Assembly (NCBI RefSeq): GCF_036971445.1
Contig: NC_091470.1
Coordinates: forward strand, 357,244,001 to 357,308,000
Source of the DNA: Narcine bancroftii
Lineage: Eukaryota
Direction of reading: 5' to 3'
DNA: 64,000 nucleotides
Positions 23,180-36,980 of this stretch are shown piece by piece. Each line of letters starts with the position of its first letter. The stretch's first letter is position 1. The notes under the pieces are model-generated. The model was not told where the DNA came from, did no database searches, and was given only the letters and a program-made list of their open reading frames with translations. A program made the position numbers and the translations under genes.

Positions 23180-26100
23180 ACTCTCCAGTAGACTCTCCAG
23201 TATGTATGAATATGTGTGTACACAAAACAAAACAACCCCTTCCCCCTCCCTTTTCATAATATAAATCCACACTCACCCTGTCAGGGCTCACATTTATATC
23301 GATCATTAAAAAAATTCTCAATGGGGAAGTAATTTGCATTTATACCATAGCAGCATCTATTATTGTTCTTTTTATTATTGTAGATATAATTGGGACCCTA
23401 TATGACCCAAATATAGCTTCCATATCTTGATAAATACATCATGTTTGTTCTTTAAGTTGTATGTAATATTTTTTCCATAGTATGCAACTATTCATCTCAG
23501 CAGTCCATTGCGCTATTTGTAGAGGGGAGTTAGATTTCCAATTAATTGCAATACATTCTTCACCACTGCCAAGGCTATTTTAACAAATGAAATTTGGAAT
23601 TTAGTTAGTTTATACCTTATTTCAATAAAGTTGTCCAAAGGATAAAGCTCTGGATTACCCGTGAAGGCCACCCCTGTTACCCGGTTACCAGAAAAGTCAC
23701 TTTCACACATTAGTACATAGCATGCAAGAATGTTCCAATTTCTGTCCCACACCTAAAACACATTTCTGATATTTCAGATTTTGATTTATGCAACTTTTGT
23801 GGTATGAGATGTAATTGTAGGAAATTATATTGCACTAATCCATATCAGGCATTTAAAATTGATGTCACATTATCCAAACACCAATCAGACCAACACCTAG
23901 ATCCGACTCCCACCTCTCTCTCTCCCTCTCAATCAATCTCTGTAAACCTAGTTTTGCAATCTCATTCTGGAGAGCATAGTACATCTTAGTTATAAATAGA
24001 GGTGTATTTCCCCAGCCAAATTGCTTGTTCCATTTCACTAATTTCAAATGGGGACAAATTTGGCCCCCATCTTTCTCTTAGGAATAATCTTAGCTAGAGA
24101 AAACAAAAGAAAGTCCCAATAGCTATTCTGTATTTATTTCTTAATTGTTCAAAAGACATAAGAAATCCCTCCACATAGTCATCAATATATCTTATTCCTT
24201 TATCATACCATGAATTCAATATTTTGTTAATAGGCAGGAACACCTTTTTACATAATGGTGTTCTTGGTGATATACTTTTTTTTCCCCTCCCAATACACTC
24301 ATTTATTTCTTGCCATATTCTAATCATTTGTATTAATATAGGGTTAGCTGTCTTTTTTGTTATTAACTTAAAATTCCACTTGTAAATAAAGTCCTTCGCT
24401 GTCTTCTCTTTTATTGAATTCGATTCCATTTGGATCCAAGAGGGGGGACTGTCTTCTTCAAAGAAGAATGATAAAAATCTTGCTTGTACTGATAAATAAT
24501 ATTTCTTAAATTCTAGAAACCTAAATCCTCCCAGTGTATAATCCCATGTTAGTTTTTCTAATGAAATTCTCAGCATTTTGTTATTGTGTCGGAATTGGCT
24601 TATGTAATTATTTAAATATTTTTTTTTAGGTAGTGCAATAGGGAATGATTGAAAAAGATACTGTAATCTTGGCATCACTGTCATTTTAATATAATTTACT
24701 CTTCCCACTAAAGTAATTGGCAAGTCTTTCCATTTCTATAAATCTTTCTCTATTTTTTGTAAGAGGAGTGTAATTAAACTTAAATAAGTTTTATAATTTA
24801 TTATCTGTCATTATTCCTAAATTTTTGATGTCTTTCATTTAATTCTACTATCTTTTTGATATCTTTCATAATCAAAAATTTTCAATGACATTATCTCACT
24901 CTTATCCATATTTATTTTAAAACCTGATATTCTTCCATATTTTTCTAATATTATTTGTAATTTTATCAAGAATTCAGCCGGATCAGACTCATATAATAGC
25001 ACAAAATTGGCAAATAAACTAATTTGATGTTTTTCGTCCAACTTTGAAGCCTTTAATATCCGGATCTCTCATTATAATCTCCGCCAGTGGCTCGGTAGCT
25101 AGGATAAAAAGTGCTGGGAACAGAGGACACCCCTGTCTACTCGATCTACTCAAGGGAAAAAACACTGACACCTGATTATTAGTTATAATTTTGGCTTGTT
25201 GTTTATGATAGAGTTTTAATCCAATTTGTAAATTTTCTGTCTATACCAAGTTTTTCCAATGTTTTAAATAGAAAAGACCATTCTAATCAATCAAATCCTT
25301 TTTCTGGATCTATGGAAATAATTATATTTGGATTCAACTTTGATTTTCCCATATGTATTAAATTAAATAGTCTACCTAGAACCTTTGAAGTACATCTTCC
25401 TTTGACAAGTTCCAACTGGTCTGTATGTATTAATTTTGGTAGATATTGTCCCAGTCTATTAGCTAATGCCTTTGGCAATATTTTATAGTCAGCATTCAGA
25501 TGTGAAACAGGCCTATATCACTTTGGTATCACTCTAATTATAGCAGTTGAGAAAGATTCTGGGAGGGTCGTGGTCTCCACCGCCTGGTCCAATGCATCAT
25601 AAGAGGCATCAATAAATCTTTAAATTGTCTATAGAATTTGGGAGGAAACCCATCCTCCTCCAGAGATTGGTTAGCTTGTAAAGTACCCAAAGCTTTCTTG
25701 ATTTCTTCTCTTATGAAAGGGGCATCTAAATCAATTTGTTCTATATCTTCTAATTTTGGAAGTTCAACATTTGTTAAATATTTGTCCATCTCATTTTCAT
25801 CTCCTAATAATTCTGATTTATATAGTTTCCTATAATAATGGCTAAAATATTATTTATTTCTTTTATTTCTTTTATTGCATTTATCATTCGACCTCTGTAT
25901 TTACCTGCCAAGATAAAACTTTTATGCGCCCGCTCTCCTAATTAATAATATTTTTGATTTATTTTTTATAATTTTTTTCCCTTCTATATGTTTGTAATCT
26001 GCTATATTTCAGTTATTTTCTCTAATACTCTGTTTTTATTGCAACCCTGCACCCTGATATTCTTTTGCCAATTTTGTTACGTTTTTCTCTAAACCATCCA

Positions 26101-28230
26101 ACTCTATAGCACATTCTCTCAAGATTTTTTGGATAAGAAATAATTAGATAAGCTTTAAGCATATCCCATATTTAAAAAAAAACTATTATCAGTAGAAGAA
26201 AGATTAGTTTCATAGAATAGTTCTATCTGTCTCTTAATAAATCCACAAAAGTCCTTTCTTTTCAACAGTGTGGCATTGAGATGCCATCTATACACACTTT
26301 CTTGTTTTTCCAGTTAAAGTTAATGGCAAATGATCTGATAAAAGTCTCGCCAAATATATATTTTTAACACTACTTTTTAACTGGGCAGACATTAAAAAAA
26401 AATCAATCCTTGTATGTGAATCATGTACCCTTGAGTAGAGCGAGTAGTGTCTTTCCATGGGATTAAGCTGCCTCCATATATCAATCAAATTTAAATCCTT
26501 CATAAATTATAATGTTGCTTTTGCAGCTTTTGCCCTTGTCACTGTTCTGGCTGATTCATCCAGTTTTGGATCTTGACAGAAATGGAAATCTTCTCTGACT
26601 AGTGTATTTTGTCTTCCTCCTGCTGTTTTTAAAAAGATAGCTTTCAAAAAGGCTTCACTGTCATAGGTGCATAAGGTATTCATAAAAGCCCATGATTCTG
26701 CTTAAATTTTACAATGTGCCATTACAAATCTTCAGGCTTGGTCAGTCAATGTCTCTTCTATTATATCTTTATTAATTAAAATCACTTCTCCTCTTGCTTT
26801 TGATTCAAATGAAGATGATATTACTTGTCCCATTCATCCTTTTTTTATTTTAGCATGTCCCGATTTGATAAGATGTGCTTCTTGTAGAAAGATTATATCT
26901 GCTTTAATTTTTGTAGATGAGACAAAACTGTTTCCTTTTCACAGTCCCATTTATCCCATTAATATTAAGACTAATAAATGTTAATGTTCTTTTCATATCA
27001 ATTTTTAAACAAATATTGTTAAATAATAAAGCCTTTTTGATTGTTTAAATAATACTGTGCACTTTCCCCTTGAGAAAACATATGCAATGTCCCTGCCCTG
27101 ATGATAATGTAATCAGGAAACCCTGAAAGCAATGAAAAAAGACTGTGGAATATCTCAAGGAAGAAGAACCTCTCCCTTTAATGCCTTCTTTTTTTTGATA
27201 CTTCTCTCTGGGTGCCATTCTTCCCCCAAGACCGGAGTCTCCACCCTACTACTACTTTTTCCAAGTTTTCACTCTTTACTGAGTTCTCCATGGATATTTC
27301 AATAAAGTTTATTTTTCAACAATAAATACAAGATGGTTTTAAAAAAAAATACAACATTTTAAACGTTCTTCACTGTCTTCTTCTTTGGCAACCTTAGTCT
27401 TTTCATAAACCATGCAGGAAGCCTTCTTAGTCTTGAAAAATCGCTGATTACCTTCTGTTACTTCAACCGTCAGATTCTGAGGTTATATCATCAATAATTT
27501 CAAGTTTTTGGAATGCAATTATCTTTTTACATTGCCAAACTCTTTCCTTTGCTTAATTAAAATAGGACTAATATCATGAAAAAATAGCACTTTTTCATGG
27601 TCAATCTCAAGTGAGCCATTATTTTGCTTAGCGTATTCATATGCTGCTCCCACCTGTTCCCAATAACTCAAAAGTCCTACCAGGGCCGGTCGTAGTTGGT
27701 GATCGCGGCTCTCTTTTCAGCCTGATAATTCGAACATTGCTTTGTCTGCTAAAATTCTCCATGTGGTCGATCTTGTTGAGCAGGCCTTGTCTGTCCGACT
27801 TCCATTTCTTTGCAACTCTTTTCAAAACTTTCAGCTTATCTTGTGTTTTTGCCAAGTCCACTTCTGCTTGTCTATTCTTTCCATTAAGTCTTCAACAATT
27901 TCTTTAATTTCAGTCATCCTTTCAGTCACGTCTCTCATTACTGTTTCAACACCTGCAAAATCCATTGCTCAAGTTTTCCATTTTCTCCAGGATAATATTT
28001 AGTTCTTGTCCCAACTCCCCAGCTCTGCTGGGATCTGCTGGTCCCGAGACCACTCTTGTGCGGCTCCCATTCGGGGTTTCCCTCGTTGAATAGAAACTTG
28101 CACAATTTTTGTTCTTGGCTGCCTTGGTTTCTTCAAACTAATTTTTTGTTGAAAAAATTCTGTTTTAAGATTTTAACCATATTTTTGATACTCTTCATGG
28201 AGAGCTCGATCAAAACAAGTCCTTTGCATG
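23180..28230 (-). mobile_element. Near full-length decayed L1/Tx1-clade LINE (ORF1 and ORF2)
   Basis: ORF1 (IDHMENFSRQSNVRII), endonuclease (LIDIWRQLNP, RIDFFL, SDH), RT region (LANRL..LPKLIHTDQ, GRVNYIKM). Confidence 0.88.
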
Positions 28231-29788
28231 TCCATGCCCCCGTTTTTATTTTCTTGATACAATTCAAAATTTAAGACTTGAATATTAGAAATAGAAATAC
28301 CACACAAATCTCTATTCGTGTTTAAGATAAATGTGTATCCATTCTTCAGAGATGGTGAAGGATTAACAAATGATGAGGTAATCATAGTTAAACAGCAAGG
28401 AAATGGATCCTACTGTTCAGCTCATCCATGTTGTCTATCAACGCTAATCCCATTGCTGAGTTTATTGCAGAAATGCGGAGTTCCTCCAGCCTTTCTGTGT
28501 GTTTTTACTAATTCCATTTGCTTGCATTGGGCCCATTTCCATCTAAATGGAAATGCTATCCACGCACTTGTCCAAATGTCTTTTAAAAGTTCTTGCCTCT
28601 ACCACCTCCTCAGCTGCTCATTTCATTTACCCTAACAATTATTCATCATTTTTCTAATGCTCTAAAAGTTTATGCTGATAAGAAAGAAAATTTTTGTCAC
28701 CCTCAGACACTTGATTCAATTTTTTTCTCCCTCTCGTCTTCTAGTTAGCTGGTGCTTCTTTGAAATCTTGTATGGTCAGCATTTAGCCATTTTATACATC
28801 TCCCTGATTTGCCCCAACCTTTGTCAATCTCTTGCTGGGATGGTTAGTCAGCAGTATTAGTTGCCTTATTTCCTTAGTTCTCACTATCTTAAATAAGCCA
28901 AAACACTTTGTTTAAAAAAAAATCAAATATTTAAATAGAGTAGATTTTTTTGCTTTAATTTTTTTCCTTGGATCGGAGACTGCTCTGAAATATTTTAATA
29001 GTTTTATTTCAAGGGAATATAATAACGCTGATGTTTAGATTATGATTTTAATAGTTCATCAATAATAAAATTTCAGGTGCTTAATCAGGATTAATTCACC
29101 TCATTGCTCTTGTAGATGTGTTCTTAATGGTTCAAGAGCTTATGAGTATAGAAATTTATTTATAGTGCAGACACAAAGGATTCTAATGCTGAAACTGGAG
29201 GAAAAATCCTGGGGGAACTTAGTGGGTCAGACAGCGTTTTTTGCTGAAGCAAAGTTAATGTTTCTGATCGAGTGTAAAGGGGGACATAAGCCAATATAAA
29301 AAGGGGAAAGGTGAGGCAGGAATTGGCAAGCTTCTTTCAGGCTGGCAATTGTACCTTTTTTATTTGTGGAAATGCAGTGCAGTACTCAGTACAAAACATC
29401 CTTTATGTCCTGCATGGTGTGTTGAAAACCCGATGACCTTATTGAAGTGGTAATTTATGATTAATTGCAAGAAATGTTGTGAGAGAGAACTTGGCTTATA
29501 AGAAGGGCATGCATTTTTTTTGTAATAAGCTTCTGTACGTGTGTTGAAATATGTCCCCTTCTGTAAATATGCCATTGGTAACAGTGGATAAAACTTTGTC
29601 AATTTATTGCTATCTGAATCAAAGCCGGCAGAGGAGTGTGGCATTTATATAAACAAAAATCGATTTCAAATTATATTTGCTTTCCTTTTAGGCCTCAAAG
29701 AAATGCAAGCTCTGCTTATATAGTGTCACAAGAAAAGCTAGTTATTACTGCATGCGTCTTCCTGAAGTTTTGTTTTTCTATGTGGCAG

Positions 29789-30052
29789 AAGGAGATTGTA
29801 GAGTGCGACCTGTTAGGCAGTGATTTAGACACCCCATTAGATACAGCAAAGATGAATCTGCATAGCTTTGTGCACTATTGTGACGGTGCTCGACGACCTC
29901 CACGTGCTGTATCCACACCAGGAAGTGGGCTCAGGTTGCATGCTCCAGTCCGAGGTGGCGTCCGTCAGACTCCAATCACTGGTAGCCATAGAAGTGACCT
30001 ACAGGGATTTGTATCTACTGCCGCCAGTGAAGTCAGAGTGCAAAAGGGCCAG
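29789..30052 (+). CDS. Candidate alternative (cassette) VAPA exon, 88 aa
   Basis: Acceptor ttttgtttttctatgtggcAG|, donor CAG|GTCTGT, 264 nt, phase 0-0, no stop; GC/CpG-richer than flanks and no recognisable repeat. Confidence 0.5.
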
Positions 30053-31033
30053 GTCTGTTCTAGTGAGAAGCGATAACTGCAAATATTGCAGCAAGAATTG
30101 GACAGTGGATTCCTATTGTCATTTCTTGGAAGAAAATAATTTTACTTTATATTATGTGGTCACTCGTTACAAGGTATTTATGTCTGATTATTTTCCATCC
30201 GAATCAAAGGGCAGTGATCATGGTTTCCCCAGATGTTTGCTGTTCCAGTGCAAATGGGTTTTTTTTTTTAACTCTTTTTTGGCAGAGAGCTTTGAGCACT
30301 CATCTGGCTGGTATGACAAAAAAAAAAATTCTGCATATGAAATTGAGAAAATACCTGCTGAAATAACGGACAAAGACAATAAGAGGAGTCCACTGTTCTT
30401 TTATTTACATATAAATGTGACATTTTTGCAGAAGGTGGATAGGGTTTGGGGATTTTGAATCACAGGCATGTACGAGCATAAGTAATAGAATAGATTTTTA
30501 ATGTGGTTATAAATCTTATGAACTAGTTCATTTCTAGTTGCATCAAGTTAGTAATGGAAGTACTGGGCAGAGATTGTCAGGCTCTAAGTTTAATTGGCAG
30601 TGATGTTTGCCAAATGTTACCTAAAATTATAAATTGCATTAAGGAAACTCTTCTACTTCAGCTTTTTGCTGTTTTTCAAACATTGTTATGACTGTTGAAA
30701 CAAATGTGAAAATGTACTCGTATGGAAGGGGTAGCAGTCTGTATAATGCACTTTGAATGGTTACACAGAAATAACTTTGAAAGATTATGAATTTAATATT
30801 ATTTGAGAGGAAAAATTATGGTGGTTATCTGGGATTTTTTTCCCAAAAGTGTTAATATAGGCTAAAATTTAGAGGAAATATTTTCCTCTAAGTTAATCTG
30901 GACGATATCTTTACAATTGACTTAAAATGGTGTGATCTATTTGTATATTTTGCAGCACTAACTATGTTAAGTGACTTTCTGTATATATACAGTATTGTGT
31001 ATGAGTCATACTTGATTCTTAAAATGTTCACAG

Positions 31034-31213
31034 AATGATCTAGAAATGAGTAAATCTGCTGCAGTAACGAATGCTCCCAAGTCAGAAGGTCCAGCAATAC
31101 CAAAGTCAGCCAGTACTTCAATGGATGACATTGAAGTGAGAAAACTAATGGATGAATGCAAGAGGCTTCAAGCTGAGCTGGTCAAAATAACAGAGGAGAA
31201 TCGGCAGTTGAAA
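31034..31213 (+). CDS. VAPA: VAPA coding exon (linker plus coiled coil)
   Basis: Acceptor ttcacAG|; encodes NDLEMSKSAAVTNAPKSEGPAIPKSASTSMDDIEVRKLMDECKRLQAELVKITEENRQLK; donor GTAAGC; 180 nt, phase 0-0. Confidence 0.93.
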
Positions 31214-31740
31214 GTAAGCCTTTATCAATTTATGCAAAAAGCTTTTGGATGGTATAAGACCATTGATTACTGAATGTAATAAATTGGGGAGATTGTTCTT
31301 AATCCAAGCAATTAGAGGCAGATTCTGGAGCCATGCATAGCTGAAAGATACAAGCAGTGAGAAGTATGAAGTTTTGATTTTCAACAGACTTTGAGATAAG
31401 GTGTGAATGAATAGTAAAAGGGCAAGGAATCCTTTTTAAGTTGTCCAGCGAATAGATTTGAAGGTGTGTACAAAATGGACTGGTGTGTTCAAGCATAGTG
31501 TGGAATAATATTCCTTTTAAGAATTCAGTATTTTCCTTTGTAATGCTTTATTTTCCCAATATGTTAACATTTACATGACATCTTTCTGAACAATTCGAAT
31601 CATATGCACTTAAAGATAATATTATAGTATTAAATATGCTTAAATGTACTTGGATATCAATCAGGTGTGGCTCTTTGGGAGGTCAAATGCAAAGAAAAGG
31701 TATACAGTTAATGCCAGGGCCGTCAGCAGGATTGAGTGCA

Positions 31741-32034
31741 GTGGGTTCTGGGGTTCCAAGTCCATACTTCCCAGAAGGTGACCATGCAAGTAAGTGGGGT
31801 AGTAAATAAGTCATACAGCATGCTTGCCTTCATAGTGTGTGGGTTCTGGGGTTCCAAGTCCATACTTCCCAGAAGGTGACCATGCAAGTAAGTGGGGTAG
31901 TAAATAAGTCATACAGCATGCTTGCCTTCATAGTGTGTGGGTTCTGGGGTTCCAAGTCCATACTTCCCAGAAGGTGACCATGCAAGTAAGTGGGGTAGTA
32001 AATAAGTCATACAGCATGCTTGCCTTCATAGTGC
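31741..32034 (+). repeat. Tandem triplication of a 98-bp unit within a CR1 fragment (~31660-32590)
   Basis: Units start at 31741, 31839 and 31937 and appear identical by eye. Confidence 0.93.
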
Positions 32035-33059
32035 ACTGAGTCCAAGAGTAAGGAAGTAATGTGGCAGCTCTGTAAAACAGTACAGCTGCACTTGAAGTAT
32101 TGTGTGCAATTCTGTGTACCCCCCTCCCCCGCTTACAGGAAGGAATGAAAGAGTACAGATTAACCAGGATGTTGATTGGATTAGAGGGTATGAGCTATCA
32201 GGAAAGATTGGACAAATGTGGGTTGTTTTCTCTGGAGTATCAGAAGCTGAGGAGAGACCTCATTGAAGTTTATTAAAAAATTATGAGATAGAATCTTTTT
32301 CCCAGAGTAAAAAATAGCACATGTGAGAGGATTTGCTTTTCAGGTGTGGGGGGGGGGGGGGGGCGGCGGTGCAGTTTTTAAAGATGATGTTGGGGCATGT
32401 TATTTTGTGTCTGGAAGCAGATATGAAAGGCGTGCATAAGAGGCCTCGAGGAGACGTGTGGATGCGCAGGAAATAGTGGGATGTATATCATGTGCAGTTA
32501 ACAGAGTTTTAGATTAAATTGGGGATCATGTTTTGTGCTGATGTGGGCTGAAAGGCCTTTTCCTCCACTGTACTATTCTATATTCTATTTAAGAACTGGT
32601 GCATTATTAGCCAGATGTTTTTGAATATTTGGTTTTCTTGCTGTGATTGACTGACTGAATTTTAAAATGTGGAAAGAATAAAACATCTTGGATTTATTTT
32701 GTGTTCAATTAGCTGTTCAGTTATTTGCATGTGAATCTTATCATTTTGACACTGACAATTCACAGTGAAATTTTTGTGTTGTTGAGTGATCAATTAAATC
32801 ACAGATTTCATTACAGGAAGAATGAGTCAGCCATGATTTCTGCAGTGGATTTGCATATATGAGTACATTTGCCATAGTACCTTAAATTATTGTATTACTC
32901 TGTCTAATGGAAATAATTAAAATATGTTGAATGCCTATGTTAGGATTATCAATATTCATGATATAGTCACCTGGATAAATCTTGAGCTCTTAACTTTCAT
33001 TTCTTGTTTATTCGAAAGGAGAAGCACTTTTCAATTTCTGATCACCTTTCTGGTCCCAT

Positions 33060-33790
33060 GATTGCATCATGTAATTGTGCAGAGAGACCCTGTGTACGAA
33101 TCGCAAAGTTCTCAGGTGCAGCAGGTAATCAAGAAGGCAAATTGGATGTTGGCCTTCATTAATAGGGGGATTGAATTGAAGAGCAGGGAGATTCTGCCGC
33201 TATTCTGCAGGGTACTGGTGAAGCTGCACCTGTGTACATTTCTCCTTTCCTTACTTGAGAAGGATACTGGCTTTGGAGGCAATGCAGCACAAAGTTGATT
33301 CCGGAAATGAAGAGGAGAGATTGGGTAGATTAAGACTATACACATAGGAGACTGGAAGATTTTGAGAGAGGAACATTTTAGATAAGTAAATTAATGAAAG
33401 GAATAGATAAAAGGGGATTAGGGTGGTTTTTCCCACTGGCAAGAGCAGATGAGCCTCAAAATTCAGGGGAGTGGATTTAAGGCAGAGATAAGGAGGAAGG
33501 GATCAAGCTGGAAACGTTGGTAATATTTCTTGACCACATGGACACCGCGAGACCATCTGATTCCTCCAGCATTTCTGTTTTGACGATAATCCCAATGTCT
33601 GCAGACGTGTGCATTTCAGAGATGAGGAGCTGCTTCTCCCAGATAGTAGTGAATCTGTGGGTTATCTGCTTAAGGAAGCAGCAGGACGCTGCTTCATTGA
33701 GTGTATTTAAGGCAGTTAGATAGATTTTTGAATAGGGGTTATGGAGAACAGACAGGGAAGTGGAAATCCAGATCAGCCATGATCTCGAAT
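33060..33790 (+). mobile_element. Decayed CR1 3' fragment with short nested insert
   Basis: VIKKANWMLAFINRGIELKSRE; CR1-type tail. Confidence 0.7.
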
Positions 33791-35811
33791 TGCTAATTTC
33801 CATGAGCATTTAAAAACAACACACGCTAAATATAATTACTCTGTCCTCCCAAGAAGTAATTAAAGGAGTTATTTTGCTTCTCTGATAATTATTCATGTGA
33901 TCTGTATCCTTTGAATACATTTGATATCCTGAAAAATTGTGCCAGTCATTGTACCCAATTAGATTTTTTTGAAGTACTTTTGCTCATTTGGTTAACATTT
34001 CCTATCCTAGTTTATTTGGATGGCAATTGTTAGAATGAGTTCTACTCCCTCATTGATTTTCAAATGCAGGTGATTTAATTGGGTAAAAATCATATCAATG
34101 TTGGTTGGAGGTTCTCTGAGTGCATTTAAACATAGTTGTTGCTTTTGGTTCAAATTTAGATTTTGTTGAAATTTTACAAAAGCTTTTGTGAATATTTTAA
34201 GTTTGAATTGGGATTTATTTTTCCATTTGCCCACTGTACTTTGAATTTTTGTATGAAAGGCCATGTGGAATAGCCGTAACTGAAGACTAAATTCCAGGAT
34301 TATTTCTATCAAAAAACATTGAATTGTGGTTTTTTTTTTAACATCTGTAGAAGTAGTTTTTAATTGAGGCATTTCACCCAGTACCATGACTGGTTTCTGG
34401 GCGTTTTCCTTGTATTTCTTCATTTCTTCCCCACTGCTGCCCTCTCCACCCCCAGTCACTCAAACAAGCGTTTCAATACAAACTGAAGAATAGAAAATAT
34501 TGATAGAAACCAGAGCAGTAGTCGTCATGCAACACTGAGACCATGCTAATCATCCAACGCCCATTAACCTGCAAAGATCGCTTTTTAAAATTTCTCCCCA
34601 CATTCCCATCAATGCTCTTTCACATTCCACTACCCAGTTATTTAATTTGGTTATAACATACAAATGTGCACACATCTTGGCAAAGATGAGTTTTCGTACT
34701 TCCCCCTTCCTGCTACTCATTACTACCCCACACCTATTTCTGCTGATGCCTTGCAGTTCCAGTAACCTGGACTTGGTCCTGACCTTGAATGCTGCTTGCA
34801 TTCAAGCCGAGTAGATTTGCAACTGTGAAGCCACATCTCAGTGTACAAGAGACGACTCTTAAACTCATCCACCAAGGCATATGTAACTTTTCAAAATCAC
34901 ACAGAAATGTACAAACTCTATCTGTATAAAGCTCAGGAAGAATCAAAGAGCGTTGAATAGTACAGCACAGGTACATGCCTTTTGGTCTGCAAAGTCTGTG
35001 CTGAATACAAAGGTTAAGTAAACTAAATCTTTTCTACCTGCACATTTCCTGCATATTTAGATGCACATCTTAAATGCACTTAATCTGATTCCACCATTAC
35101 CTTTGGTAGCCTCTCGTTCAAGGTGGCTACGCACATTTGCTTTTTAGCACATTTCCCCCTCCACCCTGGCCCTAAATGCATATCCTTTAGTACTTGATAT
35201 TCTTCCCCTGAGAAGAATGATTCTGACTATCTATCCTATATATTCCTCTCATAATTTCATAAACCTGTCCCTGGGCTTAAATCAAAAGCTAGAATTAAAG
35301 TATTTATTTCTAAATTCAGGAAGTCCACATTTTTTTTTTGTCTCCTCTTTCCCCCCCCTCATCTCCCCACTCTTTAAATACATTAAACCTCAAATCAATT
35401 GACATGTCTCTGTTAGTTAATGTATTGGTGTGGTCTTTGGTATATATTATTCATTTAAACTATATTGTATTGTTTTTCAAAACCAGTTGTCATTCCACAC
35501 TGAAAGTACAGATAACTTGTTAAAAGTACCAAATATATTTTGTAGCTGGCCACTCGATGATTCACAGAGCAAGCTATTGATTTTGTTTTTCCAAATGCTT
35601 ATACCTGGTCTGTTTTCAACGAGCTTTGTACATGAAATTGTTGAAGGGTATCGTGAGGTTTCGACTGTGCTTTTTGTGGCCTGCGCTACTTGTTTGATAT
35701 TGAAAGTCAATTGAATGTTAGTGTGGAAAACTGAATTCCACGTTTGGACTGACTGAGAATTTGTAAAACAGTGTCTTTCCTTTTGTAACTCTATTCTTTT
35801 GATCCCTTTAG

Positions 35812-35973
35812 GATGATGGACTGAGGCTGAGGAAGGCAGCTCAGTCAGGCAACCCAGTGTCATCCACATCTAATGCTGCAGTCAGGGACAACGGCTCAAC
35901 TGCTCTACCCTCTCTCCTTGTTGTAATTGCAGCCATTTTCATTGGATTCTTTCTAGGGAAGTTCATCTTGTAG
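35812..35973 (+). CDS. VAPA: VAPA last coding exon (C-terminal transmembrane anchor and stop)
   Basis: Acceptor cccttTAG|; encodes [53 protein letters not shown]; the tail [22 protein letters not shown] matches VAPA rather than VAPB. Confidence 0.96.
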   Translation, partial: DDGLRLRKAAQSGNPVSSTSNAAVRDNGSTALPSLLVVIAAIFIGFFLGKFIL

Positions 35974-36980
35974 AGGAAGCATGCAAGTTATTGGGGCCTG
36001 AAATGTTCTGTTGATCTGCCATATCGTTGGTAGTATGGCTCACAGTGACCATGTTCGTGTACAGCATCTTACAGGCCTTCCCTTTAATGATCTCACACAG
36101 TTAGAACACAAAAATACTTTCAGTTCTTGGATAATTGGAGTTGTATATTGTCAAAACATCAATAGCAGGTGTCTCAAGGTTACACATAAAAATCCTTGGA
36201 AAATAATGAGTTGTTCTCTCTGTGGTTTAATAAGAGTTGAATGAAATGTTAAGTGTCTTGTAAATGTTATTTTAATCCTTTTAAATTTTGTTACCTGTTG
36301 CTGGATACCTCTTGAAATTTTTCATTTTATAGTCAAGTTGCTCATGCCACTTGTTTGCCAGTAATGAGAAATGTACTGAAAGAAAATGGTGCCTCCTTGT
36401 AAATTATCCTCCATTTCCTTGCTGTTTGAAAGCTGGCAAGTTTATCAATGCAGAGTTTTTCCCTCCCAACCACGGAAACATCCCCTGTGAGGCAAATGTT
36501 GATTGAATGCTCTTCATTCTTACCAATTCTGTCCCATGGTATTTAACAAAAATAAAATCTTTAACATGTTAAGCTTTTGTGTATTTTTTGCCTCATTTTG
36601 ACAATTGTACTTGTTGATGAAGTTTATGAACCTAATTTTTAGTGTTATTTTTCTTGATTACCTCTGCATTTCTGAAATATCCCTCTTGGATCAAGGTGAC
36701 TGTGCCACCTTGTGATCAACTGGTATGATATAGGAGGAGTTAACTTACCGTACTCTCTAGTTTTCCTAACCTTTCCCAGACAGACTGACTCACCATCTTG
36801 GGTAACCTGAGAAGATACTTTGTTCGATCACTTGCTATAATCGGTTTGATTTGATCACCATATGTTCAAATACGGCAATGATTTCATGAGCAAGGTGGTC
36901 TCTTTGTTGAAAGAGTCTTGATTATTTTTTTATTTCTATCGGTGCTGGAATTAATAAATTGAGTGGAATTACTAAACTGA
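35974..36980 (+). other. VAPA: VAPA 3' UTR with candidate polyadenylation signals
   Basis: Repeat-free AT-rich sequence after the stop; AATAAA at 36551-36556 and 36953-36958, each followed by T/GT-rich tracts. Confidence 0.6.

Noticed and set aside
29692-29823. Alternative upstream acceptor (tttccttttAG) for a VAPA cassette exon
   Set aside because: Phase-0 reading reaches a stop near 29821 with no convincing donor before it
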